From Octopus bimaculoides (lineage: Eukaryota), in the NCBI RefSeq assembly GCF_001194135.2, contig NC_068993.1:14665682-14729681 (forward strand): a DNA stretch of 64,000 nt, written 5' to 3'. Position 1 is the first letter of the stretch. Every line of letters starts with the position of its first letter. The notes under the pieces were generated by a model that was not told where the DNA came from, made no database searches, and saw only the letters and a list, made by a program, of their open reading frames with translations. The translations under genes were made by a program, and so were the position numbers. Positions 26,429 through 40,328 of this stretch are shown here, one piece after another.

Positions 26429-27315
26429 GTATAGATAGTGTAGGTTGGGTACGCATCATCGATGTCCTCCACTTTTTCGTTTCAAAAAGGTAGCATATGA
26501 ATTATGTGAAATTTGGCAGTCATTTCTAACAACATGATATGGTTAATACATTATGACATAGCTATTGTTTCCAGCAGTAGGTATTGTAGGATGGAAGTTG
26601 TTATCTACCTCTTGTTTTTTTCTGTTTGAGAATCATTTCATCGATGTATGTTTAATATATATAAACTTCCTTTTTGAAATGTTGTTTGTTCATTGTCATA
26701 TTAGATTCATACGTTTACACCATCTTATTATCCATTTATTTCCGTGTATGATTCAGATTCCAGGGACATAAAATTTCACTTTTTGACTAGCATGGATATT
26801 CGTGTAAGAAATGTGCGCTAAGATTGTTACGTCAGATTAAACATCATTAAATGTACTATTAGACACACTTATGCTGTTTTCAACATCGTCCATATTGGAT
26901 TTCAATGTGTTATGTCTTATAATTGTGTTGTTCTTAATTGCATTAACGACATATGTCAAGATTTAGGTATTATTTCGTTTAAAATTTTTTTTAAGTGTTT
27001 AGCTGTTTTTGTTATATTAAATCAGATTTAAATTTCACTAAGTTTATATAATGTACTCGCTTATTGAATTAAATTCCTTATCTGTTTTGTAATAACGAAA
27101 CAGAACATACGATTATGTAATCAAGTAGACAATATCGCTCTGTGTATTTGGCTACAAATTTGAACATAAATCATTTTCTAACAGTATTAAGATTAGTATT
27201 GTATCCGCAAATAATTAAATAATTCTTTTATATTTTCACCTATTAAATGATTAAATATACTCTTTTATATAATACTTTCAATTTGAGTTACTAGAGTGCA
27301 GTAACTCTAGTTATT

Positions 27316-28560
27316 ACTCACAGTCGACGGCATGACAATTTTAAAAAATATATAAGATATACTGATGATGTAACGTGCGATAACATGAACGATTTCTTAT
27401 AATGAGAATTCGTTCATGTTGGAGCACCATCCTATATAGTTAGTTCAACAAATTGGAACCAGTAGTTATTTTAACAGTCTGTATTTCCGGATCGCTAAGT
27501 TACGGGGGCGCAATCAGCCAACACTTGCTGTCAAATAGGACCAGGAAGAAAAATAAGCACAAAAAAAAAAACACGGAAGAACGGACACACGTATATGAAA
27601 TAAACCACCTTACACCTCTTTTTACCACTGTTGGTTCTAACAATCCCTGATCTATTTTGATTGGAGCCGTTTGCTTTCACTAGGCCACTGATTACTTTCA
27701 TCTCATTTCCTTCTCAAACATCATACCCGAAAAACTGATAAGCTCTCTGTGGTATACTTGGTGAAATAACTTGGTATAATCTACGAAGTATGTAAATAGA
27801 TGTTTTTGTATTCGCATTGGCATTTATACTAGAATGCTGAAGCAGACTATAGGAACTCTTTTTCTTTTTGTCTTAAATCCAAATCATTTCTCATAGACTT
27901 CTACATTTATTTTGCTTTTAAGTTTTCCTAGTATGATTGGGAGGAATACATTTTAAAAGCATGAGACATGGAACTAATAGTCCTGAAGTCTGAACGATCG
28001 TTTCGATAGGCTGATAAACACCATTGTTTAGAAATATTCACAGAGAAGTGTTCAAAGTCAGAGATGTCATTGAAAATGTCTGTATGCTTGTGAATTTCAT
28101 ATATCTTCTAGCCTTTAACATGTCCCATATTACTGTTTCTGTCTCTGGAATATTTCTCATATTCTTGGTGGCCTGTTCGCCCCCAACTTTAAACTTTTTA
28201 CTCCATTAAGGCTTGATGATGAGGCGCTGTCGGAAATTCAACTTCAAACAGGTTTCTATTATACACTGCTTATTATTTTGTTTCTTTTTTTCATAAGCTT
28301 TTCATATGTGTGTTATACTGAGACCAAATGTCAGCCATCAGAATAGACCCGGAATTGTCAGAACCAGCTGAGATGAATACAAAGAGAGCTATATCGCTAT
28401 AACTATTCAATATTTATAATGCGTATATGTTCAGAGAATCAAATGAGTTATGACTCACAGTCGACGGCATGACAATTTTAAAAAATATATAAGATATACT
28501 GATGATGTAATGTGCGATAACATGAACGATTTCTTATAATGAGAATTCGTTCATGTTGGA
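27316..28560 (+). repeat. 108-bp direct repeat pair (27316-27423 and 28453-28560), 1 mismatch
   Basis: Direct comparison: ACTCACAGTCGACGG...CGTTCATGTTGGA, with one C/T difference (AACGTG vs AATGTG). Confidence 0.9.
27420..27545 (-). mobile_element. SINE family B, degenerate 3' fragment
   Basis: TGGAGCACC..CGCTAAGTTACGGGGGCGCAATCAGCCAACAC..TGTCAA resembles the family B 3' half. Confidence 0.45.
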
Positions 28561-28689
28561 AATGAGTAAATTGACAGTGAACCCCTAAAGATGAATATAA
28601 AAGAAAGACACTAACAATGATTGTAGTGAGATAGAAGAAAAGGAAGCAAATATGTAGTTAGATTCACAGGCATAAAAGACTTGAGCAAG

Positions 28690-29180
28690 CAAACATCTTT
28701 CAACTATTTAGGAGAAGAAATTAGTCAGAAGGATAGATTTCAAGATATTACTCATAGCATATATGTACCAAAAAGAATATTCGTAAGATTGAACATGAGC
28801 TTTACCTAAAAAGAATAATACTTTATGTAAAATTGACACGGATTACCATAGTTTGCCAATTGTTCTCAACGGGGTAGAAAATTAGGCAATATAGGTACTA
28901 TGGAAGGAAATATAGAAACGTTTGAGATATCTAGCTTTTACACACCGGGCAGAGTAAGCTGGAGTGACAGCGTAACAAATTCTGTGGTAGTATACAATCA
29001 GAAAGCACAGAGATATGTATTGACGAGGATCAACTACACAAAGCTACCTATTTTCGGCACACAATGCAAGGAAAGTCACTGTCCGAAGCCATGCCGGCAG
29101 GATGTCTTAAGGGAAGAAAGTGAGAGGCCGACAAAAACGTTTGTAGACTGACTGTATTAAAGTATGAACTGGAAAAAAGA
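28690..29180 (+). mobile_element. Decayed RTE-clade LINE, RT C-terminus and 3' end
   Basis: FNYLG (RT motif 7), LNGVEN* (LYGxETW), IETFEISSFYTPGRVSWSDSVTNSVV (ORF 28900-29151; resembles IEAFEMWCYRRMLRISWTDRVTNEEV), YFGHTM-like and GRK.RGRQKR segments. Confidence 0.8.
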
Positions 29181-29335
29181 GACACGAGTGGCTTCGCAAG
29201 TCGACCCTTGGATGATGATTATGATGATAATGACAATGATGTACACGACAGTTTCTGCAGTCTTTATGTGCCCAATTCACCTAAAGTGTTTGCCAGAGTC
29301 TATATCAGAAGGCATATGCCTATGGAAGTACACTG

Positions 29336-29372
<37 letters not shown>

Positions 29373-29989
29373 NNNNNNNNNNNNNNNNNNNNNNNNNNNN
29401 NNNNNNNNNNNNNNNNNNNNNNNNNNNNNNNNNNNNNNNNNNNNNNNNNNNNNNNNNNNNNNNNNNNNNNNNNNNNNNNNNNNNNNNNNNNNNNNNNNNN
29501 NNNNNNNNNNNNNNNNNNNNNNNNNNNNNNNNNNNNNNNNNNNNNNNNNNNNNNNNNNNNNNNNNNNNNNNNNNNNNNNNNNNNNNNNNNNNNNNNNNNN
29601 NNNNNNNNNNNNNNNNNNNNNNNNNNNNNNNNNNNNNNNNNNNNNNNNNNNNNNNNNNNNNNNNNNNNNNNNNNNNNNNNNNNTTATCTTATGATATTTA
29701 CTTTACTTTATATTATACTCATTTATTGTGCTTTTAATTATTAATTTTTCTATATGTGATAGTGGATTTTCATCGATGAGTTCTTGAAAATTGGTTATTT
29801 TCCCTAAAACTATATATATTTTATATATACTTTATCTATAAGGCTCAATTTAATTTTAATTTTTTATAAATTGATTTTAATTGAGTTTTTTACCTGTGAT
29901 TTTGGATTTTGTCCCTAATAATATTATTATTATATATATATATATATATATATATGTATCATTTTCTTTTTCAGATTACCCTTTCAAGA

Positions 29990-30360
29990 TATCGTGGTAA
30001 CTCAAGAAATGTTGCAAGTCCTATGTAATGGGGAAAGGTCAATTCGTGTCTCTAAAGAGGAAAACCGTCTCATCCAAACTGTTACTTAAAGTGAAAAAGA
30101 CCTCACGAATAAGGCATTCTTTGGGGTTTTTTTCTCTGACGAAAAAACACATTGATCAGGTTCACAAGTCTAACAGAAGGAATGACAGGTGGTTATGTGC
30201 AGATTCGTCTGAAGTATCCAGAGTGAAGCACATGAAATTTCTAGTAACCGTGATGATTTTAGGGTTTGTTAGTAGCGAAGGTCATGTGATGCTTTCCCAC
30301 TTTTTTTTCCACAGGGTCTTAGAATTAATGCTGCTGGATACATTGATGTACTGCGATGGT
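29990..30360 (+). mobile_element. Decayed DD37D (maT-type) transposase fragment around the first catalytic Asp
   Basis: Overlaps ORF 30028-30387. With frameshifts it reads FFSDEK, NRRNDRWLCADSSEVSRVKHMKFLVTVMILGFVSSEGHVMLSHFF and QGLRINAAGYIDVL. Confidence 0.85.
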
Positions 30361-31266
30361 TTTTCAAAAACAGTTTATCCAGAGTGACACACCATTTTCT
30401 ATTATTCTATCGTTCGAATACATTGTAAACTGAGTGAGATATAACAGATATTTCTAGCAAAACAAGCAAGGACGTAAAGGCTAACGCATTCGTTGTATCT
30501 TTAGGATTTGACGGTTATTGCTCTTGTATGAATAAGAAAAGATACCCATATATATTTAATTAAACCATGTAAGGCTGAAGTATAAATACATGTTGATTTG
30601 GAATATTGGTAAAGGAGGTGAATGATTCTGTTGAACATGAATATATTAATGCATATACATACATTTACGTATATATGTTTGTGCGTTTGTACTTCTGCTT
30701 AGGTTTGTGTGCGTATATATATATATATACGCATATATACGTATGGACGTATGCATATACTTGTATTTATGTGTTTGTTGTGCTTATTGTCAATTAAATT
30801 GGCTTACAGGTTCCTATTGCTATGTAAGAAAACATTGATGTCAGCAACAACATTAAGGAAGCTACTTTTCAATACAAAGTATACATATATACTTACGGGT
30901 GAGCGTCTATGAATATGTGCTCGGGAGTTTGTCTGCGTATTTATATGTACGCTGTACATTTATGTAAGTATGGTAAGAATATATGTATACATAATGATAT
31001 GTAGAGAGAGAGGTACCTAGGTAGTATCAGTTTATGTGGTCACGTGCGTGCGTATGCGCATGTGTGTATGTGCGAGCGCATGTGTTAAATTTCAACTTAT
31101 ATGACAACATCGTCATATATTTATAGAAACATGTGTGAGCGTACGAATTTTCAAAGAATTTATCTATTCAGCATAGATGGGGTAGATATGCTTCCTTTTC
31201 ATAAGCACTGCCTTGGGATGAATACATGTGTTCACTTATGTGTGCGTCTGTATACATATATATGTA

Positions 31267-31312
<46 letters not shown>

Positions 31313-31408
31313 NNNNNNNNNNNNNNNNNNNNNNNNNNNNNNNNNNNNNNNNNNNNNNNNNNNNNNNNNNNNNNNNNNNNNNNNNNNNNNNNNNNNNNNN
31401 NNNNNNNN

Positions 31409-31450
<42 letters not shown>

Positions 31451-32239
31451 AGAAGTGCACAAGGGCTTGTGTTTGTGTGTGCTCAAATGCTTAGCATAAG
31501 GATAGATTGGGTATATGCCATAGAACATTAGTTCATGGCGAACGCTAAAATGCCACAAGTTATTGACTACTTCACTGACTTCTGGAGCAAGCAATATATC
31601 CTTTCATGCCGTATTTTTATGAACATAAAGCATTGTAATTTGAAGCTACGATTGAAGATCGTGATGAGCAAGTTTGAAATTGCTTCCATGGTAGGAGATA
31701 GATGTAGATAGTTTATTATATTTTCAATTGGACTGAACATATTGCAAGGATAGTGAAATGGCTAGATAGTTTTACGGTTCAGCGATTATCGGAAAAGCTG
31801 TGAATTATTCTAAGAAGCAGTGAAGGAACTTTATATGGCAGAAATACTGGACAGTGTAGTTTTTCAGGTAAACTTAGCAGCTCAAATATTGAGAATTCTG
31901 CTTGATCTTCCATCTGAACCATTTTGTCTATAAGCATGTATTAATTTAAGAACTGACGCGTATTCATGTCCGTTAAATATTCATTGCATCAATGAAAGGA
32001 CAATGTAAAGAGAGAGGATATAGATAGAGTTGCAATGAAACGATGAATACTTCTATACATGAATATATGTATGTCTGTATACACGGATATATGTATGTGT
32101 GTACGTACGTATATATATATGTATATGTATATATANNNNNNNNNNNNNNNNNNNNNNNNNNNNNNNNNNNNNNNNNNNNNNNNNNNNNNNNNNNNNNNNN
32201 NNNNNNNNNNNNNNNNNNNNNNNNNNNNNNNNNNNNNNN

Positions 32240-32271
<32 letters not shown>

Positions 32272-32654
32272 TAAATACATATTGACGCAGCATACACATG
32301 AATGTACATGTGCGTACTTTGTGTATGAGTGTTTGCGTTTATGTATGTATCATATCTATCGATGTATAAGGTAGCCGTTTGTGTGGATTACAAGAATACA
32401 TTTCAGTGAAAAGTGCGTTATCAGATATAATCATCGGATATCGTATCACATGCTTTTTACGTTGAGAAATATGAATAGTGTTCTATTAATGTTAAAACAT
32501 CCTTGAAAATGGCAAGTATAGAAATCAATATATATACATTTATCGTAAGAAGTGGGCATGTAGACGTCGATTTATGATACGAACTACAAACAATATATTA
32601 TCTTTTCCTTCTTTTCTGAATACTATCAAACTTAAAGTAATTCATTTGACTTAC

Positions 32655-32793
32655 GTAAATGTTATCGAGCGATATTCTCTTATCATTAAACTTTGAAGAA
32701 CTTTACAATATTTGAAAAGAGTGTCATGCTTCGTTGAAGGATTGATGTAGCTGTCGAGTGTCCATAGACCTGTTGGTGTTGTTCTACGAAAAT
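32655..32793 (-). CDS. Candidate 139-nt exon (phase 1 to phase 2): FRRTTPTGLWTLDSYINPSTKHDTLFKYCKVLQSLMIREYRSITF
   Basis: Acceptor TGTTTGTTTTGTCTTCTATTAAG| and donor TAC|GTAAGT. One frame is open throughout; the terminal AC joins exon 400-244 as AC|C = Thr. No family recognised. Confidence 0.3.
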
Positions 32794-33304
32794 CTTAATA
32801 GAAGACAAAACAAACATTTGCCCTTTGCTGCAGATTATATAATATATGTACATAAATCCCCATTGCAGTAGGTCATGTATATGTATCATTGTCTATTACA
32901 TCATTTCTTCCACGAATATTATTTTGTTTTATTGAGGTCTGAGTGATAAAAAGGAGCGTTGAACCACGTGGGATTTCAAGTGAAAATTTTGGGGAGGGGA
33001 GTAATTATTTAGAATATGAACCTGCTACATTGAATGTATGTTATAACTTGACCAATTCATCTACCGCCTAACAAGTAGACAAATCTTACTTCAGATCCGC
33101 CATTCGAAAATTATATATTCTAGTCTAAAAATTATTCATACGAATGATTTGCATGGCCAAAATATCATGCTAATGATCACAAAAAGGAATAATATTTGAA
33201 ATTTTGAAAAACAAGTTGGTCCTTCAGATATCACAGCTGAATGCCACTCTCGATCACGAGCAATATTCGTGCAATGATTATTTACAACATTTGTAAGGAA
33301 AGAA

Positions 33305-33405
33305 AGCGGAAAGATGGCAGAATCTTTAGCACGGCAGGCGAAATACGTAGCGGTATTTCGTTTGTCCTCCATTCTTTCAAGGTTGAGCACAGGAGTCAAT
33401 TGCTG
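33305..33405 (+). mobile_element. tRNA-head SINE, family A (5' fragment)
   Basis: GATGGCAGAATCTTTAGCACGGCAGGCGAAATACGTAGCGGTATTTCG. Confidence 0.6.
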
Positions 33406-34539
33406 GTCTAGAGGTAATATTCGAAACTGATATGTGTGAATGGAAAGTAAAAGTATAGAAGATGTAACTGCCTTAGACAGGTATTACTAGATGCGTTAGC
33501 CATATTTTACAGCTTTATCTATCTATCTGGAAAAGAACACTGGTTAAACATTAATTCGGACTATTTGATTCTACTTGATATCAGCGGATTGGTTTCTAGC
33601 TTTGCATTTTAAATTACTTAGACTGTAGATTCCATTTTTTACATATCCTACCATGTGACAGGCTGGTGATGTTGCTCCTGTGAGGGAGAACAGAATGTAG
33701 TGACTACTAACAGACTCACAAAAACGAGATTACAAAAACAACTGCCAAGCATAAAAAAGGGCTGTTGACTCGTCAGTGAGTTCTTCCATTGCCGTTATCT
33801 GGTACTGTTTTTCGTCAGGTCAAGGAGTCCATCAAGATTCCACATGACAGTACGACGAAAGAGACTTATTTAGACGAATGCCATGTGGAACATTTTTCAT
33901 GAACTGATAGAAACTATGTTATGTACTGAAATATATATTATAAAATAAAATGTACGCTGACACCACGACGGCATACTAAAACAGGATGACAAACGTCTTA
34001 TGCAAAGTTTCAATGTCACTATCAAGACAGAGCACCATATATTGAAAATTATAAGATATAAAATGTGATTAATATTTAACAAATAAATATATCCCACTTT
34101 CAATAAGAATTTTAGATACTAACTCTCTAATAACACACTACTAGTTTGCACAGGCCAAAAGCTATTCTTATAATTATTTAGCTTACTATACTATCAACTG
34201 TATTTAACAATGATTTCTGAACTCGAGGTATTCGAATTTTTTGTATTATTGAGAAAAGAAAAATATTTCTTATTCACTGTTACACTTCTTCTGTTGTCCG
34301 GAGCGCCTTTCTTGATTAAGTGTTTGTATGCACGAACATACACGTAGCAAAGTATAGACAAACCATACTCATAAATATAATTAAGCGGGCGCATTCGTAC
34401 GCGTCTGTCTGTTTATCTGTCTAATATTCATTTTCATGTGAGTGGCCTGAGACAACGGAAACTGCCTTTCTCACTGACTGCGTGCGCCAGTTCCATCCAG
34501 AAACCAAAATGAGAACGTACGTACCACTCCGTCATATAC

Positions 34540-35200
34540 ATACACATATATACTTCTTTGCATTATTCATCGGGAAGCATCTTGCTGCAAAGTCTCTCAA
34601 TGGTGGCATTAGAAGTTGCTATCTCAGCAGCGAATACTGTTAAAGCCAATGTTTTCGCCTGACAGAATATTTATGCAATTAGTGAAAATGAGGATCGCCA
34701 GAAGTGTAGTGGATTCCTAAGTGCAGTCGCCTTGTTTGTCTCCCTGAAATGTGGAATATGGTTCTTACCTTTGCAAATCACATAAAACACAGGCTTGCAC
34801 TAAGAAACAGAATGATTAAGCCGAGACTTCGTATTCAGCTACGAAAGAAAATGATACGAAAGCAAGAATTTTCTACTTAGCAGATTTGTTTGCACATGCC
34901 AAACAAAATATTGCAAGGGTGAAATGCCACTGTTCTGTACTGCATCGAGAAAGTACGCGTCTTTATAATTAAATTAAGCCTCTAGAAAATACATTTGCTA
35001 AAGAATAACTTCGTTTTCTTTTGCAAGTTGGCCAAAACCTATCCTACCGCAAACTGTACGAACTGCTTGCAGAGCTTGAAAGAAGACATGAAGAGGTCTT
35101 GAACTGAAAGAATACAATCTATTGATGGTGAGAATAGAAAACGAAGGACTGATGGTATTTTTGGAAGTAAAATCGTCCCATTGAAAAGATAGGTGATGTA
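34540..35200 (+). mobile_element. Decayed hAT-superfamily (Charlie/GTF2IRD2-like) transposase fragment
   Basis: CIIHREA (hAT CxxH motif, about 34558-34580), ARIFYLADLFAH and QG*NATVLYCIEKVRVFIIKLSL*KIHLLKNNF, in the order expected for hAT transposases. Multiple stops. Confidence 0.7.
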
Positions 35201-35479
35201 AGCTTAGAATTGAACCAAGATTTGGGAGTTGGGTTGGACATGGCAATAGCAAGACAGCAAAAGCAGTAAATCATTAAACATGTTTTCTATTTTCTACGCA
35301 ATTTTCTAAATATAAAAGTATAGAAATTTTCGACTTCAGCGTTTAGACCACAGCTTCTCTCTGGGCTTCGGAGAAAACAAGTTTAAGAACCATTGATATA
35401 CACAGGGTAACCACCCAAAGAAAACAGATCCAACAAATCTGTGAATAAAGCTGTTTGAATGAAACGAACCAGAGTGTTA

Positions 35480-35575
35480 GATCGAGATGAACAGTGGTTC
35501 CAGCAAGACGGGGCCACCCCACCACGCAGCAAATGTATCCCTAGCCTGGCTGAGAAAGCGACTATATGGTCGTTC
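35480..35575 (+). mobile_element. Short IS630-Tc1-mariner transposase fragment (second catalytic Asp region)
   Basis: QWFQQDGATP followed, after a frameshift, by HAANVSLAWLRKRLYGR. Confidence 0.65.
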
Positions 35576-36130
35576 AGACCTTTGATCAAATGTATTTAGG
35601 TCCGGACCAGCGAGTTCTTTTAGAAATATGCATTACCTCTGGCTGTTGCTTACACGTGACTATAGGCCATTTCTCTCGCCCCTGTCTTTTCTAGACAAGA
35701 CGTCCGCCGGGCTGGAGGTCGTTTTCTCACCTACCGACATTTTTCACTTCTACTATTCTTTCTATTCTATTTATTCTATTTCCTTTAAAACATTTCTTTC
35801 AGGCTTTTCCCATTACAATTCGTCTTGGGCTAACGGCACTTAATGTTTGTCTCCATCGATTGATTACTTTGTATGTTCACTCTGTTGTTCTGGTTGTTGT
35901 TTATTCGTTCGAAGTCGTAACTCTCCACAAATTATATATTTTTTTAAATATATTAATGCTGCTGTCTTATCAAGTTTTCCTATCTTCTCGTTAAAAGCAC
36001 GAATTATGTAGTAGTAAAACAGACGACGACTGATGAACGAGTTATCTTATTTTAGTATTTGTCCTGTACTTATATCTCATGTGTTTACGTATTTTTCACT
36101 TATTGGTGATGTCCTGTACTTATTGCGTGC

Positions 36131-36177
<47 letters not shown>

Positions 36178-37492
36178 TATGTATATATATTGTTGTATAA
36201 TCCTATTCCAAGTATCACAGAAAGATAAAACGGACTAAGGAGAACATGAGGAAGCACATGGGATAAAGAGTCGGTGAAGAGGTCACAAGATGTATGACGA
36301 AAGAGCTTTGACAAATAAACTAAAATAGTAATAATAAAACTGAAGTGAAAACCAAATATATAGTCCCTGTGTTTAATTGCCAAAATATGACCGTCCCTAA
36401 GTATAACAAAATATGTTTTTCAAATGTTTTCCAAGTAACATTCCTTCCCTGAATTTTGAATATGAATCTATATGACCACTTCCATCATAATAAAACTATA
36501 TATATAAACAGCTGAAATGTTTAACCTTGTGAAGGTAAACACGCTCTCATTTGCATCATCAAATATCTGTATTGTCTATTCTCCCCTAAAGTAAAACAAA
36601 ATCAACGGACAAATAAACAGAATTCGCTTCACTAAAAGACTATTTTCATAAAGAGATAAGGAAGTATAAAATCTTCTTTTCATACATCACACTTCTCCGT
36701 GTTCTGCTCTATTGCACGTATTTCTGTACATATAAAGACGTGTGAATTGTGTTAAAGTCACCCATTCATTTAGACCCATCATCTTTTCATTGGAAGCGTA
36801 TCATCAACGTGGTCGGAATTTAATGACCAATAAAGCCGGCAATATTGTAGAAATAAGTCTGGATGATAGACAAAGTGAAGAATCGACTCAAAAAGGAGAA
36901 CGAAAACGAGATAGGAAGAGACAGAAAGAAGCATGATGTGTTAGGGAGAGTGAGTGAGTGAGTGAGTGAGTGAGTGAATGAGAGAACAGGAAGGTGAGAA
37001 GAATGAAACGCCATGATACAAGGACATATCTAAGGGCGATAACAGAGGGGAATTTATTTCAAATTAATGTTTCTTGCCTGTTCAGAAACCATGGCAGAAT
37101 TAGGCATTCTTTTCTTTTCGCTATCAAATAAACTCCCCACAAAGATTCTTTGCTTAGAATAGAATGTATTTGCCTTGCGGTTTTCTGTTGAATGGTTATG
37201 TATTTGAAGAGTTAATGACTTTCTTCTGTTTTTTTTCGTTTTTATATATTCTATATTTTTGATTAGGTTTGTTTTGATTTTTATCAATCGTAGCCAACCA
37301 ATCTCCTCATACAAAAACACACACACAAAAAAAAAATGCATCTTCATCGGTTGTTAATATCATAAAAATACCACGACACCATAGCTCAGGCAATTGCGAA
37401 ACACTGTTTCTGCAACAGACTCAGCCATAGAAACACAACGCATAGATTTTGTAGATAAGATTTCTTACTGCCATCCATCGTTATAGCAATGG

Positions 37493-37494
<2 letters not shown>

Positions 37495-37553
<59 letters not shown>

Positions 37554-38140
37554 TCTTCTTCTTCTTCTTCTTCTTCTTCTTCTTCTTCTTCTTCTACTTC
37601 TTCTTCTACTTCTTTTTCTTCTTCTTCTTCTTCGTTTTCTTCTTCTTCTACTTCTTCTTCTTCTTCTTCTTCATCTTCTTCCTCTGCTTCTTCTTCTTAC
37701 TCTTGTATTCTCCACCTCACCCTCCTTCGTCTCACCACTTCCCCTCCCCTCCTCCTAATTCTTCTCGCCCTCCTCCTTCTATTTCTATTCCATTCAGTTA
37801 CTATTCCTCTTACTTTCCTCTACATCACATTACTTCTATTCCTTTTTCTTCACCACTTTCTCCTGTTTCAACTTATTTTCCTCCACATTTTCGAATACTT
37901 CTCACATTTCTCATCATCATCTTTCTTCTCCTACTACTGCTCCTTATATCTTGTCTTTCTCTTTTTTCCATCGTGATATTTCTCCTTTTTCCATTTTATT
38001 CTTCTCTTTGACCCTCGTCACCTGCCCCTCCTCATTCTCTCTGTTCCTCTCGATCTACGTCTTCTATGTTCATGTCTTCTATTTGTTCTTTAACTACTAT
38101 CACATTCTCACCCGCTCTTCCTCTTCATCTCTGTCATACG
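37495..38140 (+). repeat. (CT)n(CTT)n microsatellite grading into a pyrimidine-rich low-complexity tract
   Basis: Direct reading. Confidence 0.9.
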
Positions 38141-38621
38141 ATATTGATAATAATTCGTAGACGGTATCTTAAAATCTCGCAATATTATACCCGTCCGCAG
38201 ATACAGCAGTAACTAAACTTATCACCCTTTTCAAAAGAATTCATACAAGAAGCCATAATTCTTTATTCGGCGACGTATTTATTTAGTATATTCGATAACG
38301 TATCAAACTTTCTTCATGAGAGGATAATAGTCAGTTTATAATTTTGACAATGATTTATCTGCTTCATTCAATAGTCGTAAGTAATATGTTATGCTATAAT
38401 ATACAATAATAGTGCTTCTAATCTAGATATAACTACTACTATATTACGGAGACACCATCTTAATCCGTTTTCTGTCAGTAGTTCCTGAAATAACAATGAT
38501 GATAGAGATGATTCTTGGTTGACAACTGAAACCTATATGAAAAAAATGTTTTTAATTCTAACGTATTTGTCACCTACCCGTTATTTATATTTTAATTCAT
38601 ATCTACTTCAAGAAGGTACCT

Positions 38622-38660
38622 ATATACGATGACGGGCTGAAAAGTTCATTGACTGAACAA
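38622..38660 (+). mobile_element. Possible mariner-type terminal inverted repeat (single end)
   Basis: TA-TACGATGACGGGCTGAAAAGTTCATTGACTGA resembles TACGAGGG..GAAAAGTT mariner ends. No clear partner end found. Confidence 0.25.
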
Positions 38661-38905
38661 GATGGACTATAACCAAAACAGGTTTATATTTTTCTTCTTG
38701 CTGACTAGGGACCTTTTTGTCGTAAGCGAATTTTTGGTCCTTTTTCAACTATCTCTCATACACATTTTAACTGGGTTCAAATTTTGTTCCGCACATCTAC
38801 TCACATAGGAAATACGTTGTTTTGTGTTACTTTGAACTTTTTACTATGCTGGGTATTGATTTCATCATTAGTCGTCTAATATATCATATACGTGTGCGTG
38901 TGTGT

Positions 38906-38949
<44 letters not shown>

Positions 38950-40000
38950 TTAATACATACATGCATTCATGCATGCATATATGCATATATAGCCGTGTCT
39001 ATCTACGCTTCTCGTGTTCCGTTTCACTTGTCTTCTGTCACATAGTGCATCAAAACTTCGCATCATCTTAAGTGCGAATTGCGTTACCAGGAATCTAAAG
39101 TACAAATTTAGACAATACTCACGACGAAACGGATTATTTTAGTTAATTGAAACTATTGACAGTATTCTATATACTAAAAGTACACTTTCGTTGTGAATAT
39201 TATCATTTAATGAGTTAAATAAGGATGTTATTAGAGCGGTGAATTTTGCCAAGGCTTCCTATGTGTCGGGTAGAGTGTCGGATTACAGAACTTGCAGTAT
39301 TTGTTCCAATTCTCTATAATCTGATTTCAAATCCCACCAAATCAACATTGACACTTCTCCTAGTATGCGCTGAGTTGGTAAATATCTACCAACTGTGAGC
39401 AATGGATGTGGAAGTCTCTAAGAACGTAGATCTTGTTTCCATACAGCATTTGCTCGTTTTCTTTCTATTCTGAGTTCAAATCCACCGAGGTATTGGTTAG
39501 TTGTTGATTTAATTCGTCATCCGCTTTAACACCATTACATTTCCCATGGCATGCATGCTGCTATTAATTCAGGCCAGAGCAACAATTTGAGATATCCTTC
39601 TATTTCACGGGACCTATAAATTGTCATGAGCGCTGCTTTCCTTCTTAAATATAACATGAGAAATATCGCTTGCATAAATTTTGAAAAGTCATCGATATAT
39701 GATTTTCAAATTCATTGTCAGCAGCGAGTGAACTTTGAATTCAACCAGCACGTTATGATCCTCCATCGGCGAGTGAACATCAGAGAAATCGCAAGTAATA
39801 ATATTGCTCCCTCAGTGGGTAACATTGCTTCTCAATCTTCTGGGGTTAATGAAATAAATACGGATATCACTGAAATAGATAAGGACTTTGGCTAAATCAC
39901 TTCTCTTAAAAGTGCTGGGCTTCTGCTAAAATTTGAAATTGTGTTTATTATTATTTTTTAGTAGTAGTAGTAGTAGTAGTAGGTTTTGTAATATTATTAG

Positions 40001-40292
40001 TAAGGCGGCGAGCTGGCAGAATAGTTAATAAGCTGGACAAAGTACTTAGCAATGTTTTGTCCGTCATTAGGCTCGAAGTTCTAATTCCTCTGAGGTCGAC
40101 TTCGCCTTTCGTACTGCCGAGGTCGATGAAAATAAGTACCAATTTTGTCCTGGGTTCGCTGTAACCGATGTAGTCGCATTCCCCACTCCTTCAAAATTGC
40201 TGTCGATGGGGGTTGACGTAATTGACTATCCCCCTCTCCACAAATTTCATGCCTTGTGCTTCTAGTACAAAATATTATCATCATCATCATCA

Positions 40293-40325
<33 letters not shown>
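40001..40325 (+). mobile_element. tRNA-head SINE, family A, with (ATC/ATT)n tail
   Basis: TAAGGCGGCGAGCTGGCAGAA..GAGGTCGACTTCGCCTTTC..GGTCGATGAAAATAAGTACCA..GCCTTGTGC followed by a trinucleotide tail. Confidence 0.8.

Positions 40326-40328
<3 letters not shown>

Noticed and set aside
27362-27400. CTGATGA...GAAC inside the 108-bp repeat
   Set aside because: GAAC replaces GAAA and stems I and III cannot be formed convincingly.
33760-33900. Possible upstream part of the hAT transposase (PLSGTV.., LDEC)
   Set aside because: The similarity to hAT PLSxxTV and LDES motifs is too weak to call without alignment.
39626-39895. 89-aa ORF in slightly GC-richer sequence
   Set aside because: No family motif, and candidate splice-delimited frames on either strand contain stops.
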